This document shows, in pieces, positions 1 through 9,386 of a stretch of DNA of 64,000 bases (positions are counted from its first letter, which is position 1; each line of letters begins with the position of its first letter). The translations under genes and the position numbers were made by a program. The stretch is from Patescibacteria group bacterium (lineage in GTDB: Bacteria > Patescibacteriota > Patescibacteriia > PEXW01). The stretch is taken from positions 137,978 to 201,977 of the forward strand of contig JBAZBR010000002.1 of NCBI GenBank assembly GCA_041671325.1, in the 5' to 3' direction. Under the pieces are notes generated by a model. The model saw nothing but the letters and a program-made list of their open reading frames with translations. It had not been told where the DNA came from and ran no database searches.

Positions 1-100
1 CTTCACAACAAACCAAGAAATTTTTCCTGATTTGAGAATGAAGGGAAACCTGGCCAACTTGATGCAAAACACAGAAGTTGAGTAGGTTTCCCAAAGGTAA

Positions 101-976
101 TCATATAAGATGGCGCTTGACCATCTCCACGACCGCGTCAGGCGAAAGGCTGGAGCCTATACCTTGAGGCGATCCAATTCTGGTGGAACTGCCGCCCCAA
201 TCAGGTTCATGGGCTTGCAGTTGCATAACCAATGTATCCATGCTTATGAACCCTTTGTGGTATTGGCAAATTGAAAATTTGCTTTTACCATTCGGGCCAA
301 TGGGATAGTGCACCACTACGACGGGTGCTAAATAATAAGCCAATGAAACCAGGCCTGGGTTGTCGCCAATAGCTGTGGCGATTTTGCCATTAGCCATGGT
401 TCTAAGCGGCAATTTTCCATCCCTAATGTCACGCAACATTATGTAGCTTGCCCAATAGACTTTATCACGGTAATCCGGCGGCTCTTCGGCAGTTTCAAGC
501 CAGGCTTGCATGTGTATTACCCGTTGATCAACCGAAAGGTGGTTATTATTGCAAACCGCTGACATAACCGTAAATGGGCTAGGTTCTGGATTGTTTTCAG
601 GCAATGACCGGGGACCCGGCCATTGTCCGACTTCAAACCTGTCCCTTTTGGCAACGTAAGTGACACGCGACAGGATCCCATTTTTCATTTTGGTTCCGGT
701 GGCGCGCATTTTCAACACAGCCATGGCGCCAAAAGCATCGCAGTCTGGTCGGATAGTAACCAGGATTGTGCCATCGGGCGGCAAAGGAAATTCCAGAGCG
801 GCTTCAATGGCCGCTAGGTCAATATTCTGGCCAGTGTGCTGGGGGTCGATATTCCCCAGGCCGCAGTGTCTAGCCAGCCAAGGGACTGTCACTTCAATAC
901 CCAAAGTCTTTAGACCCAGGAGGCCCTGGTTTCGATTTTCACCGGGCCGGGGATCAAGCAGGGCAAAACGATACAT
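101..976 (-). CDS. hypothetical protein, 291 aa, in the GC-richer 5' segment
   Basis: Long ORF with coding-like composition; no family recognised. Confidence 0.45.
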   Translation of the reverse strand: MYRFALLDPRPGENRNQGLLGLKTLGIEVTVPWLARHCGLGNIDPQHTGQNIDLAAIEAALEFPLPPDGTILVTIRPDCDAFGAMAVLKMRATGTKMKNGILSRVTYVAKRDRFEVGQWPGPRSLPENNPEPSPFTVMSAVCNNNHLSVDQRVIHMQAWLETAEEPPDYRDKVYWASYIMLRDIRDGKLPLRTMANGKIATAIGDNPGLVSLAYYLAPVVVVHYPIGPNGKSKFSICQYHKGFISMDTLVMQLQAHEPDWGGSSTRIGSPQGIGSSLSPDAVVEMVKRHLI

Positions 977-1102
977 TTATTCTCCTTTCCGGTGTGCCGG
1001 GGTTTTGGTTTTTATTTCACTTTTGAACCGGCAATAAAATTACAGGCTCGAAAGTGAAAGGGAAGCCAGCTTATTGATGCTGGCTTCCCTGTTCTGAAAT
1101 TG

Positions 1103-1828
1103 CTAAGCGGCGGCTGTTGCAGTCGCTTCGGTCGCCGGGGCTTGGTATGTTACATTCGCCGAAACCGTTTTTTCGTCGGCCCTGGATCGGTAAATGCCGT
1201 GGCCGCCGCGAGGCCACTCATCGGCAAAGCCGATGAATTTCACATTGTTGACGACGTGCCCTTTTTCTTCCAGGTACGGGCCCGTCACCGTAACCGTTCC
1301 GATCACTTCCACTTTGGGACGATCTTCCGACTTGCGATGGACGGTCTTGCGATACTGGTTGCCCAGTACCACGAAATCGAATTCAATCCCGCCGATCCGG
1401 AGTTTTCCTTTCTCGGCACAAACACCGTTTTTCAGTAGGTAGGACTCCACCATCTTCGTCCAGGTTGCCCTGGATTTCTTTTTGGCGGCTTCGGCTTCAG
1501 CCTTTTCCTTCCGGCAATACGACGGCCAGAATGGGGTGAATTCCTCGGAAAAGCCGAAGGGAAGACCATACCTCCCATTGCGGTTTCCCGGATGGGTCTT
1601 TTTCCACTGCTCCAACGCGCAGTAGATGCAGATGGCTTTGCCGTCGGAACCGGCCCAGAAGGCCGAGGTTTTTGTCACAACGCCAGATTCGTCGAAAACC
1701 GCCTGGGAGTTTTCAAATTCCCAATGGATTGCTCCATTGGCTTCGGAGGTGAAAGGCTTGCCTTTCTTCTCCGCCATGAAGCAGTGCTCCCCATTGGCAC
1801 AGATGATCTTGGTTCTTTCGGTGAACAT
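1103..1828 (-). CDS. hypothetical Cys-containing protein, 241 aa
   Basis: Start placed at MFTERTK, preceded by a strong SD (AAGGAGGAACTT-ATG); the 269-aa track ORF extends upstream without an RBS. Confidence 0.5.
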   Translation of the reverse strand: MFTERTKIICANGEHCFMAEKKGKPFTSEANGAIHWEFENSQAVFDESGVVTKTSAFWAGSDGKAICIYCALEQWKKTHPGNRNGRYGLPFGFSEEFTPFWPSYCRKEKAEAEAAKKKSRATWTKMVESYLLKNGVCAEKGKLRIGGIEFDFVVLGNQYRKTVHRKSEDRPKVEVIGTVTVTGPYLEEKGHVVNNVKFIGFADEWPRGGHGIYRSRADEKTVSANVTYQAPATEATATAAA

Positions 1829-1999
1829 AAGTTCCTCCTTGTTTTTGCCAAATTTTTTGGCATTTTGTGTTTGGTTTATTTCTGGTTTTCTGTTTTTTCT
1901 CTTTTTAACCAACCATTTTTTTTAATGCTTGGTTAAAAAAAGAAGAGGAGCAACGACTTGAACGTTTACTCCTTTCTTCAAGGTACGCTCACTCTGATT

Positions 2000-2353
2000 T
2001 TAGTCATTCACGATAGCCACGAAGATTATATCCTCGCGCCAGCCGTGTTCAGGTTCGGCGTTGGGGGTTTGCCATTCAGATCCTTTTTCATCCACAATCA
2101 GCGCATTGGCGTGAAGCACGCCAATTTCGACTGGCGATCCGAGGGCAACCACCACTCCGCTTGAAACGGTCTCCTTGAAAACTCCAAGTTGGCTCAGTTT
2201 AACCAACTCGGAAAATTTCATTGGCCGCATGTGCCTTTTCCACATATCCATTATCACCTCGGTAGTGGACATGTATTGATTATAGGTGATAAAGACGATC
2301 GACTGGGCAATTTCGCCCAGCATCACGTTTTCAAACATTTTCAACGTAATCAT
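2000..2353 (-). CDS. hypothetical protein, about 117 aa
   Basis: Start placed at MITLKMF with SD GGGAG; no recognisable family. Confidence 0.4.
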   Translation of the reverse strand: MITLKMFENVMLGEIAQSIVFITYNQYMSTTEVIMDMWKRHMRPMKFSELVKLSQLGVFKETVSSGVVVALGSPVEIGVLHANALIVDEKGSEWQTPNAEPEHGWREDIIFVAIVND

Positions 2354-2472
2354 CGCATCTCCCTTTTCTGTTTGTTGTTTTTTCTTCTTCCAAACCATAA
2401 TTTTCATTCTGAATTGGAAGAAGAAGAGGAGCGAATCAGGTGATCCGCTTCAATTCCTAAAGGTGCAGGCGA

Positions 2473-3054
2473 CTAGATATTCACATTGACGTTCAAACGA
2501 ACGTCATAACCCCGGTCGCCCAAATACCAACCGAGTTGGAATTTATCATATCCGATTCGGGCGCCAAACTGGGCGCTGGTCTTGCCGATCCGACAGGCTT
2601 CAACCTGCGGACCGAACCAGAAAGCCTTGTCTCCTTTGTCGGTATGAATGGTGTAGTTGATGTCCACACCCGACCAGAAATACTGCTCCGAGTGGGTGTT
2701 GAACATATTATCAACCTCCGTTGACCAGATACACCGACCGAAAGGCACGTCAGTCATGAAACCGACGAAAAAGGGATCTTTCCCTGCCCAGTTCATGGCA
2801 ATGCCACCGTCCAGAGTCAAAATCCCCTTATTGGCGCCGGCATAGCAGAACAGTTGGTTGAATCCTTTCATCGGAACACTGAAGACGCTTGCCTTCAATA
2901 AGCTGTTCCATCCACTGCCAAAGTCCAGTGGCTGGAGTTTGAAGTTGACCAGAAGCTGGCCACCTTGATTGGTGGACCAGCTCGGGGTCTGGGCGAAGGT
3001 GGTGCCGACAAAAGCCAGCACGACAACAACGGTAATCATCATTGACTTAAACAT
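2473..3054 (-). CDS. secreted beta-rich protein, possibly outer-membrane/porin-like
   Basis: N-terminal signal peptide (MFKSMMITVVVVLAFVGTTFA-QT). The body has alternating aromatic/Gly-rich strands typical of beta-barrels. Confidence 0.4.
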   Translation of the reverse strand: MFKSMMITVVVVLAFVGTTFAQTPSWSTNQGGQLLVNFKLQPLDFGSGWNSLLKASVFSVPMKGFNQLFCYAGANKGILTLDGGIAMNWAGKDPFFVGFMTDVPFGRCIWSTEVDNMFNTHSEQYFWSGVDINYTIHTDKGDKAFWFGPQVEACRIGKTSAQFGARIGYDKFQLGWYLGDRGYDVRLNVNVNI

Positions 3055-3197
3055 TTGGTTCTCCTTGCCACTTCTTGTGGCGGTTGGATTATGATTTAGT
3101 TTTTTATTTCTTTTTTCACTCTTAAGCCTGCGAAAGGTTCACAGATTTAAGAGTGAAGAGGAGCGGATCGAATTAAACGACCCGCTCCCGTGATACT

Positions 3198-3404
3198 TTA
3201 ACGCACGGCCATAACCCGGTATACCAAACGGCGGCAACCGATCGTGCCTTCGAGGGTAATGAGGGTTGCCGCACAAATGAACAGGACACCAGTAGCCAAC
3301 ATGCGCCAAGCGATCGTAGCCTCAGCCTGATTGCTTACTAAGACGAGTAGGCCACCGGTAATCGCCATGAGCGTCGCAGCAACTACATAAAACCATTGTT
3401 TCAT
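3198..3404 (-). CDS. small membrane protein, 68 aa, 2 predicted TM helices
   Basis: SD GGAGGA immediately upstream; hydrophobic helices. Confidence 0.45.
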   Translation of the reverse strand: MKQWFYVVAATLMAITGGLLVLVSNQAEATIAWRMLATGVLFICAATLITLEGTIGCRRLVYRVMAVR

Positions 3405-3559
3405 ATATCCTCCACAGTGTTTATTTTCTTCTTTCAGGCCACAATCTTGTTAATTTTGGACTAGGAGAAGTGCAGGAGGTTTTGGGGTAAGGTACTCCTG
3501 CGGAGGAACCTTCTGCTGTTTTTCAAGCACTGAGGTTTTTCTAAAAAACGTAATTTTGC

Positions 3560-3622
3560 TGTGCGGATGAGGGATCGAACCTCAACACCCCCTTTATTGG
3601 GGGGCAGCAACCATGCCCGCAC
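3560..3622 (-). pseudogene. tRNA-like 3' fragment (acceptor, anticodon arm and T arm; D arm truncated)
   Basis: Minus-strand sequence GTGCGGG...CCCCC-CAATAAA-GGGGG...TGAGG-TTCGATC-CCTCA-TCCGCAC-A. The acceptor stem pairs 7/7 and the T loop is TTCGATC. Only 11 nt lie between the acceptor and the anticodon stem, and A33 is non-canonical, so it is probably a non-functional remnant. Confidence 0.3.
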
Positions 3623-4008
3623 ATGCTTTTTGGTTTTATTCCCCTTCTTTAATCAACAAGGTTTAATGATTGTCGATTAAAGAAGAGCGGGGAGACAGGG
3701 TCTCCCCGAAAAAGAATTTAGTTCGTGGCTAGTGACTTAGTCACGTGGTTTGGCCAATTCATGCCAAACCGATGCCGAGCCACGCGTCTGGCATCGGGTT
3801 CTCTGTCGAATGGTTTTTCGACCCCATCGACTATCCACACGTTATGAGCAAAATTCGCGAGTTTCATATCATCCCCCAAGGGTTTATGGTTTATTTTAAT
3901 TTTCCACATTTCACAGGACAAATTGCTTTATCCAGTAAAATGTGGGGAAGGGCGAGTTTTGAAGTCGTCCTTCCAGAAAGCGCTTTTGCGAGGTTTTTCT
4001 AAAATAGG

Positions 4009-4203
4009 TCAGCCCCGCAGCCTGTTTATCTGGTTATTCAGGCCAAACCAGACGGGGGTAAGTACGTTTTCAAATATTGCACATGCTAACACGAAAACTA
4101 TGCCCCCGATCATGTAAATGCATGCGATACAAGCCACGAGAATAAATACATACATCGTGGCAAGCGAAATCATGTTCCATATGTTGATAATCATCGTTTC
4201 CAT
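4009..4203 (-). CDS. small hydrophobic membrane protein, 64 aa
   Basis: Start at METMIINIW with SD AGGGAG. It is preceded on its own strand by conserved structured leader copy 1. Confidence 0.45.
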   Translation of the reverse strand: METMIINIWNMISLATMYVFILVACIACIYMIGGIVFVLACAIFENVLTPVWFGLNNQINRLRG

Positions 4204-4265
4204 TTTTACTCCCTGCCTATTCACGCTTTTGCGGAATAGGACTTTGTTTTATTATTTTTCCCACT

Positions 4266-4342
4266 GATCTGGAGGTGAGAAGTTTTTTGCATGAAAGCTT
4301 TGGACCGAAGTCCGCTTTCAAATGGAAGTTAAGTAAATCTTC
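4266..4342 (-). promoter_or_regulatory. conserved structured 5' leader element, copy 1
   Basis: The minus-sense RNA has an outer stem GAAAGC/GCTTTC enclosing GGAC-UUCG-GUCC, then the conserved TCTCACCTCCAGAT (anti-SD). Stems co-vary with copy 2. Confidence 0.45.
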
Positions 4343-4526
4343 GATGAGTTCAACCCCGATACCAGAATCGCTTGCGCAATTCGGTACGGGGCAGGCCCAT
4401 CTTGATTCCTTATGACTTCCGCTTCTCCTTAAACCCTAGAGACGTTTTAAGATCTTTAGAATTTAGCCCCTCCATATCAGTAAGAAAATTCTCGTCTCGA
4501 ACGACGATCTCACTTATGTCATCGTT

Positions 4527-4584
4527 CGGGACGAAAGCAGAGTTTAAGAAAATGTGAAATTTTCAGGGTACTCTGCAAACCTTA
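4527..4584. repeat. 58-bp direct repeat just 3' of a small membrane-protein gene, copy 1
   Basis: CGGGACGAAAGCAGAGTTTAAGAAAATGTGAAATTTTCAGGGTACTCTGCAAACCTTA. A second copy lies at 4938-4995 with 2 mismatches. A GCAGAG/CTCTGC stem encloses the A/T-rich loop. Confidence 0.6.
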
Positions 4585-4596
4585 GCTTGTTTGGTG

Positions 4597-4872
4597 CTAA
4601 TGCGTCATCGGTTTGGCTAACCCCCAGCCAAACCCAAAGAAGATACTGAGAACAATGAAGTAGCCAACGATGTATTGCATGGCTAATGCCATCATTTTCT
4701 CAGCGGGTACTCCTGTAACCGCAATCAATGAGAACATCCCTGTGAAACCCAGTGAAAACCCACAAGCTTCTTTGAATCTGTTGAATTGGCGTATGCCTGA
4801 TATGCCCAGGACCACTCCAAAGATCATTTGGGCAAAGAAAACCACGGCTAAAGTGGTCATATAAAACGACAT
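4597..4872 (-). CDS. membrane protein, 91 aa
   Basis: Hydrophobic ORF followed by the 3' direct repeat. Confidence 0.45.
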   Translation of the reverse strand: MSFYMTTLAVVFFAQMIFGVVLGISGIRQFNRFKEACGFSLGFTGMFSLIAVTGVPAEKMMALAMQYIVGYFIVLSIFFGFGWGLAKPMTH

Positions 4873-4937
4873 GTTACACCCCTATACTTTAAAGTTATTT
4901 CTTTCTCATCTCGAGTAACCTTTTGATAAAGATTAAT

Positions 4938-4995
4938 CGGGACGAAAGCAGAGTTTAAGAAAATGTGAAATTTTCAGGTACTCTGCGAAACCTTA
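4938..4995. repeat. 58-bp direct repeat, copy 2
   Basis: Near-identical to 4527-4584. Confidence 0.6.
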
Positions 4996-5002
4996 TTGTC
5001 GT

Positions 5003-5206
5003 TTATCTGGCGTATGCACCGACTACCGCACTAATTACCAGAACCACGATGGATAGGCCAAGTCTTATCCATCTCTCTTTTTTATTGCCCTCAATCGCAA
5101 CCACGATTGAGATGCAGGCCATGAGGGAAGCCATGCTAAGGCCTTCCATGTAGTGGCCGACCAGAAAGCCACTAATAAACAAAGCCACCATTGATATGAT
5201 TTTCAT
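5003..5206 (-). CDS. small membrane protein, 67 aa, 2 TM helices
   Basis: SD GGAGGA; preceded by leader copy 2 and followed by 3' repeat copy 2. Confidence 0.45.
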   Translation of the reverse strand: MKIISMVALFISGFLVGHYMEGLSMASLMACISIVVAIEGNKKERWIRLGLSIVVLVISAVVGAYAR

Positions 5207-5238
5207 TTCAATCCTCCTTCAGTTTTTTCCTTTTATCA

Positions 5239-5322
5239 ATCTGGAGGTGAGACTTTTAAAGCGCTTTAGGCCGAAGCCCGCGCTTGAGCGAAAGTTAAGT
5301 ATCTTTGCAGGGAAGCTCCCTG
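5239..5322 (-). promoter_or_regulatory. conserved structured 5' leader element, copy 2
   Basis: Outer stem AGCGC/GCGCT enclosing GGC-UUCG-GCC, the conserved TCTCACCTCCAGAT, and a CAGGG-AGCTT-CCCTG hairpin. Covariation with copy 1 preserves the pairing. Confidence 0.45.
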
Positions 5323-5400
5323 CGCGATACCGCTCTTTCGGTATATTCGCCTCCAAGTTGATAAAAAGAATTGTCAAAGGTCTTATGCGTTTTGTATCCA

Positions 5401-5455
5401 CAGATTTGGAGAGTCTTTGGTGCTAAAGCTTATGGCCGAAGCCCTGCCTTAGCCA
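5401..5455 (-). promoter_or_regulatory. partial, degenerate third copy of the leader element
   Basis: Contains a GGCTTCGGCC hairpin and a degraded anti-SD-like segment. Confidence 0.25.
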
Positions 5456-6106
5456 GTTGGTCCAATTATCTTTGGCGAGTAAACCCGCCGCGATACTGTT
5501 GCCAACCTTATTGCCCTCCCCTCCAAATCACTAGATATAAATTCACCAAACCAATCTTGGAAAAAACAATTTATTCTCCGTAGCTTACTATCCTCCTTTC
5601 TTGCCTGGTCCCTAGCTTTACTAGCGGATTGCGTAGGAGAATAAAAAACGAGGTCCTCTGTTGAGAGAGCACCTTTATTGGATACCAAATAAATTGGCTT
5701 TTTCACTTGTCTGCTCTCTCTTTCAAACAAGTGACAAAACATGTAATTTATTAGTTTTTCAACCTAACAAAGCAGTATATATCAAGCAGGGAATACTGTC
5801 AAGACCAAGAATGGCTTAGATTAGCCAAAATGGCTAAGGTTAGCCAAAAAATACCCCCTCGGCCTTGGGCCACTCCCCCTTGGCAAGGGGGAGAAATCTT
5901 GCTTAAAATATGAAAGATTGCTTCGGTCGTTCCACTTCTGCGGGGCTCCCTCGCAAAGGCAGATAAAAAAAGTTTGGCCTTGTTAAATCCTACTTGAAAT
6001 AAAAATGGTCTTGAACTAAGTTAATCTTAGAAATCAAACCTTAAGTGTTCTTTTTACATTTTAAAGGTTGAGAAAACCACTAAAGCCATAATAACTGGAG
6101 GATGGT

Positions 6107-6955
6107 ATGAAATTCGTGAAGTGTTTAGCGTTTGTCGCGAGCCTTGCATTCTTAGGACTTGCTTGTTCCGAGAAAGTAATTGATCCACAGCCTATTGATT
6201 GCGATTTAGCCTGCCAGATTGCCAAGTCGCCTTTCCCAAACGCGGAGGCTGAAAACGTGGCAAGATATCTGGATGGGTGGTTGGTCGCTTCGGAAATAAC
6301 TTACAAAAAATGTTCAATGGCATTAACCCAGTGGCGGAGACAGTACACGCCAACCGATACTGCCTGGTGCGTCGATATCTCCGAAGGCGGCGGTAACCAT
6401 TATTATCTTAATCCAACCTCAGTGAAGTTTTTTGATCCAGGCACGCCAGGTAGGTTCGAATGGTATTTTTCCGCCGATTCATTCAATCTGGGTTTCCCCA
6501 ATGACACTGTCTTAACAGCCGGCCAAACGACTAATAATCCCGTTTGGGATTCGCTAAATAGTCTTTATCGACTAGATAGCCTGCGTATCAAACATTACCC
6601 GAAGATGAAAATAGTTTTCATCCGTAACTATTTTCACGGTCGGTTGGATTCCAAAATGCTATGCCAAGCATACGATGTTTTATCTGGGGTTGAAACGTGC
6701 ATATACCAGCCGGCAATTATCGGTGGCATAAGTAACCTTTACCCAGGTTTGGATTCGAATGGCCTGAAAATCTTAGTGATTATCGGCTGGGGAGATTGCC
6801 CGTCTGGATGCATGTACAATGCCTACGTCTATTTTAAACAAAAGTCTGATGGAACCTTTGATTTTCTGGGTAAGTGGATATCAAGTTCTAGCTTGCCTAA
6901 ACCCCCATGGTGGTCAGAAGCTTTTGCTTTAAGAGAGGCTTGGAGTAATTATTAA
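6107..6955 (+). CDS. secreted lipoprotein, 282 aa
   Basis: Signal peptide with lipobox LGLA-C; SD GGAGGA. Confidence 0.6.
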   Translation: MKFVKCLAFVASLAFLGLACSEKVIDPQPIDCDLACQIAKSPFPNAEAENVARYLDGWLVASEITYKKCSMALTQWRRQYTPTDTAWCVDISEGGGNHYYLNPTSVKFFDPGTPGRFEWYFSADSFNLGFPNDTVLTAGQTTNNPVWDSLNSLYRLDSLRIKHYPKMKIVFIRNYFHGRLDSKMLCQAYDVLSGVETCIYQPAIIGGISNLYPGLDSNGLKILVIIGWGDCPSGCMYNAYVYFKQKSDGTFDFLGKWISSSSLPKPPWWSEAFALREAWSNY

Positions 6956-7203
6956 GTTTTTCTATAAAACCGACTTCAAAAAAGGAGCCGGTTTTTTAAA
7001 TTTTAAAAAGGGATCGTGGCGGACCGATCCCTGGAAGCGTTTCTTGTTCATACCCTCTTTTTTGTCGCAAAGAAATATCAATTTTTCAGACAATCCTCCT
7101 TTGAAAGGATTTAGTTCATCACTGGTAGAGTGACAGCCTTTTTGTTTATCCGCCATGTTAAAAAGGCTATCTATGAGTAAGCATAGTCCAATCAAGGCAA
7201 AAA

Positions 7204-7761
7204 TTAAATAGCTTTATTTTTCCGGCTATTCTGCAGACTATAGATACAGCCGCAATAATCCTGCCGATAAAAGTCATTTTGCCGGCTGATAGCCATGGCC
7301 TTTTTAAAGCCGTCACGTTTTTTAAAATCCGCTTCCAGGTATTTTAAGCTATAAAGTTTTGCCAAATGCTTGCCAATTTCGTTAAGTTTCTTGGCATCTT
7401 TATGCGGACTGATGGAAAGGTCAGTGCCGAAAACCTCGAAGGAATGGTTTTTGGCATATTCTGCGGTCTTGGCCAGGCGCATTTCATAGCAAAGCCAACA
7501 GCGCTTGCCTCGTTCTGGTTCTTGTTCAAAACCTTTGATTTTTGCAAACCAAGCGTCTTGGTCAGGTTTTTCCTCTACAAATGGGATTTTATTAATTTGG
7601 CAATATTTCTGGATTTCTAAAAATCGTTTTTCATACTCTTCCAAAGGGTAAATATTTGGATTGTAATAATAGGCAGTCACTTCATAATTATTTTTTAACA
7701 AATCCAAAACATAGGCGCCGCAAGTGGCACAACAGACATGGAGAAGTAATTTGGGTTTCAT
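7204..7761 (-). CDS. queH: epoxyqueuosine reductase QueH (DUF208)
   Basis: Start at MKPKLLLHVCCATCG, the characteristic CCAxC motif near the N-terminus. Length about 185 aa; conserved C-terminal Cys residues. Confidence 0.75.
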   Translation of the reverse strand: MKPKLLLHVCCATCGAYVLDLLKNNYEVTAYYYNPNIYPLEEYEKRFLEIQKYCQINKIPFVEEKPDQDAWFAKIKGFEQEPERGKRCWLCYEMRLAKTAEYAKNHSFEVFGTDLSISPHKDAKKLNEIGKHLAKLYSLKYLEADFKKRDGFKKAMAISRQNDFYRQDYCGCIYSLQNSRKNKAI

Positions 7762-7992
7762 GTTTATTAATATAGTGGATATTAATAATAATGACAAAAA
7801 ATTTATATTGAAGTTTAACCACCTCTTGGGCAGGAGGTGGAAGCGGAGGAGACTCAAAAGGATTCTCCAATAATGTCGTCTTTGTCGTTATTCATTTCTT
7901 AATTCATATACCCTCAGGGGGAACAATTGACAGTGTACCTGTCCACAATTACCCTTAAGGTATACAAAAATGACCTTTGCAAAGGAGTAACT

Positions 7993-8256
7993 GTGAGTTG
8001 GAAGCGATTCTTCTTTGTTGCAAGCCTATTTTGGTCGGCATTCTTTTCTTTGGCCCTCATAGGTTCGCAATTAATCTTCGTCGTGTCACCTCTATCGTCT
8101 GGGACACCTCCTTGGTCCGTTGCGATCGGGGTCATGTGTTGGATGGCGCCCCTAAGCGGTGTCACGATTGGAGGAGTTATGACGATCCTCTTTTTCCTCT
8201 TCCCCTTTCTGGAAAAACGGTTAAACAAAACACCTCAGCTAGAGTTACCTCTTTGA
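7993..8256 (+). CDS. small membrane protein, GTG start
   Basis: AAAGGAG-N5-GTG; hydrophobic ORF followed by a hairpin terminator. Confidence 0.4.
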   Translation: MSWKRFFFVASLFWSAFFSLALIGSQLIFVVSPLSSGTPPWSVAIGVMCWMAPLSGVTIGGVMTILFFLFPFLEKRLNKTPQLELPL

Positions 8257-8263
8257 TCTTCTG

Positions 8264-8293
8264 AAAGCTCGCGAAAGATCGCGAGCTTTTGTT
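8264..8293 (+). terminator. intrinsic terminator
   Basis: AGCTCGCGA-AAGA-TCGCGAGCT (9-bp stem) followed by TTTT. Confidence 0.6.
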
Positions 8294-8525
8294 ATTGCGA
8301 GGGCCGTACTCGGCCAAAAGAAGTCATGTCTCCACCCCCCCCGCCTGCCTCCCGTCCAACCGCTTCGCGCTCGAAACGGGCGGGCCGCCTAATACTCGGT
8401 AATGGTGGGCAGGAGTATCGTTATGGTTGTAGGTTTTGGTTAAGAATTCCTCAAGGCCACGCCTCTTTACGATACAGAGATCTATGCCTAAACCTTATAG
8501 TCACAACCATTTTTTGAAGTGGGCA

Positions 8526-9323
8526 TTAGGTAGCAGTTGGAACAGCCGAGAGGGTTTTTGTTAAGTAGGCAAGGGGTGAAGCGAAGATTTCGGGTGAGGA
8601 AAATCTGACACAGAATTCACTCACGTATTCAGGAAGGTGTTGGGCTGTACTGTGATGATACATTCTACGGATGAAGGCGCGAAGATTACCGAACATGCCT
8701 TCAATTTCCGAGGTTAAGCCAAACTCAAATCGTTTGTGGATGTCCCGACGGTGCGTAACGGGCCACCAGTGTTGAATGCCTTGGTATATTGCACCCCCAT
8801 CGGTCTGTAAGCGGGAACGGGGTTGAATATTTTGGAATAGAAACTGGGCAGCATCCCGTCGATCCACCGAGGACTTAGGCAGGGTCTGGTGGACGATGTT
8901 CCGGCTGCCAACCTGCTTGGCCATGAGCAGCGACAAGGAACGAAAGTAGGCTTCGTCCATTTGCACCGTACCCTGCAGAATAGGCTGTATTTCCGGCACC
9001 TGGAGGCGGAATGCTTGGAACCATAGGCGGACGGTTTTCTCATTGACGTGACAGAGCTTCTGGGTCTGGAGAACCGGCACAGCCTGAGTCCAACACCACA
9101 GCAAGCACCACCAAGTACGAAGAGAAAGCTTCATGCCTTCGAGCCAAGTACCAGAGAACAGTGTGAAGGGAAGCCGACATTGGGCACAGCGGTATCGATC
9201 TTCGGAGACATACACCTTCCGGGAATGACACCTGGGACAGAACAGGTTTTTACCAAAGCGAAGACGACGAACAACCTTACGGATCTTGGCTTCCGAGGGA
9301 ATTTGATGCAGAAGAGAAATCAT
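8526..9323 (-). CDS. IS1595-family (ISXO2-like) DDE transposase
   Basis: CPRCHS...YRCAQC zinc ribbon plus a DEAYF motif. Confidence 0.75.
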   Translation of the reverse strand: MISLLHQIPSEAKIRKVVRRLRFGKNLFCPRCHSRKVYVSEDRYRCAQCRLPFTLFSGTWLEGMKLSLRTWWCLLWCWTQAVPVLQTQKLCHVNEKTVRLWFQAFRLQVPEIQPILQGTVQMDEAYFRSLSLLMAKQVGSRNIVHQTLPKSSVDRRDAAQFLFQNIQPRSRLQTDGGAIYQGIQHWWPVTHRRDIHKRFEFGLTSEIEGMFGNLRAFIRRMYHHSTAQHLPEYVSEFCVRFSSPEIFASPLAYLTKTLSAVPTAT

Positions 9324-9386
9324 ATGGTTACAGGTTAAGGGTGAGTGTTATTAACCCTAGTCCTGTTCCAACTGCTGGTGAATACC
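8526..9386. mobile_element. IS1595-family insertion sequence
   Basis: Single transposase ORF with an N-terminal zinc ribbon and a DDE region (QMDEAYF). Imperfect terminal inverted repeats GGTAGCAGTTGGAACAG (8529-8545) and CTGTTCCAACTGCTGGTGAATACC (9363-9386). GC-richer than the flanks. Confidence 0.7.

Noticed and set aside
3718-4002. Overlapping ORFs 3718-3921 (-) and 3745-4002 (+).
   Set aside because: They are mutually exclusive. Neither has a convincing RBS or recognisable family. Left unannotated.
5449-5742. ORF 5449-5742 (-), 97 aa.
   Set aside because: It overlaps the degenerate leader copy and an intergenic-looking region. It has no RBS and a low-complexity translation.
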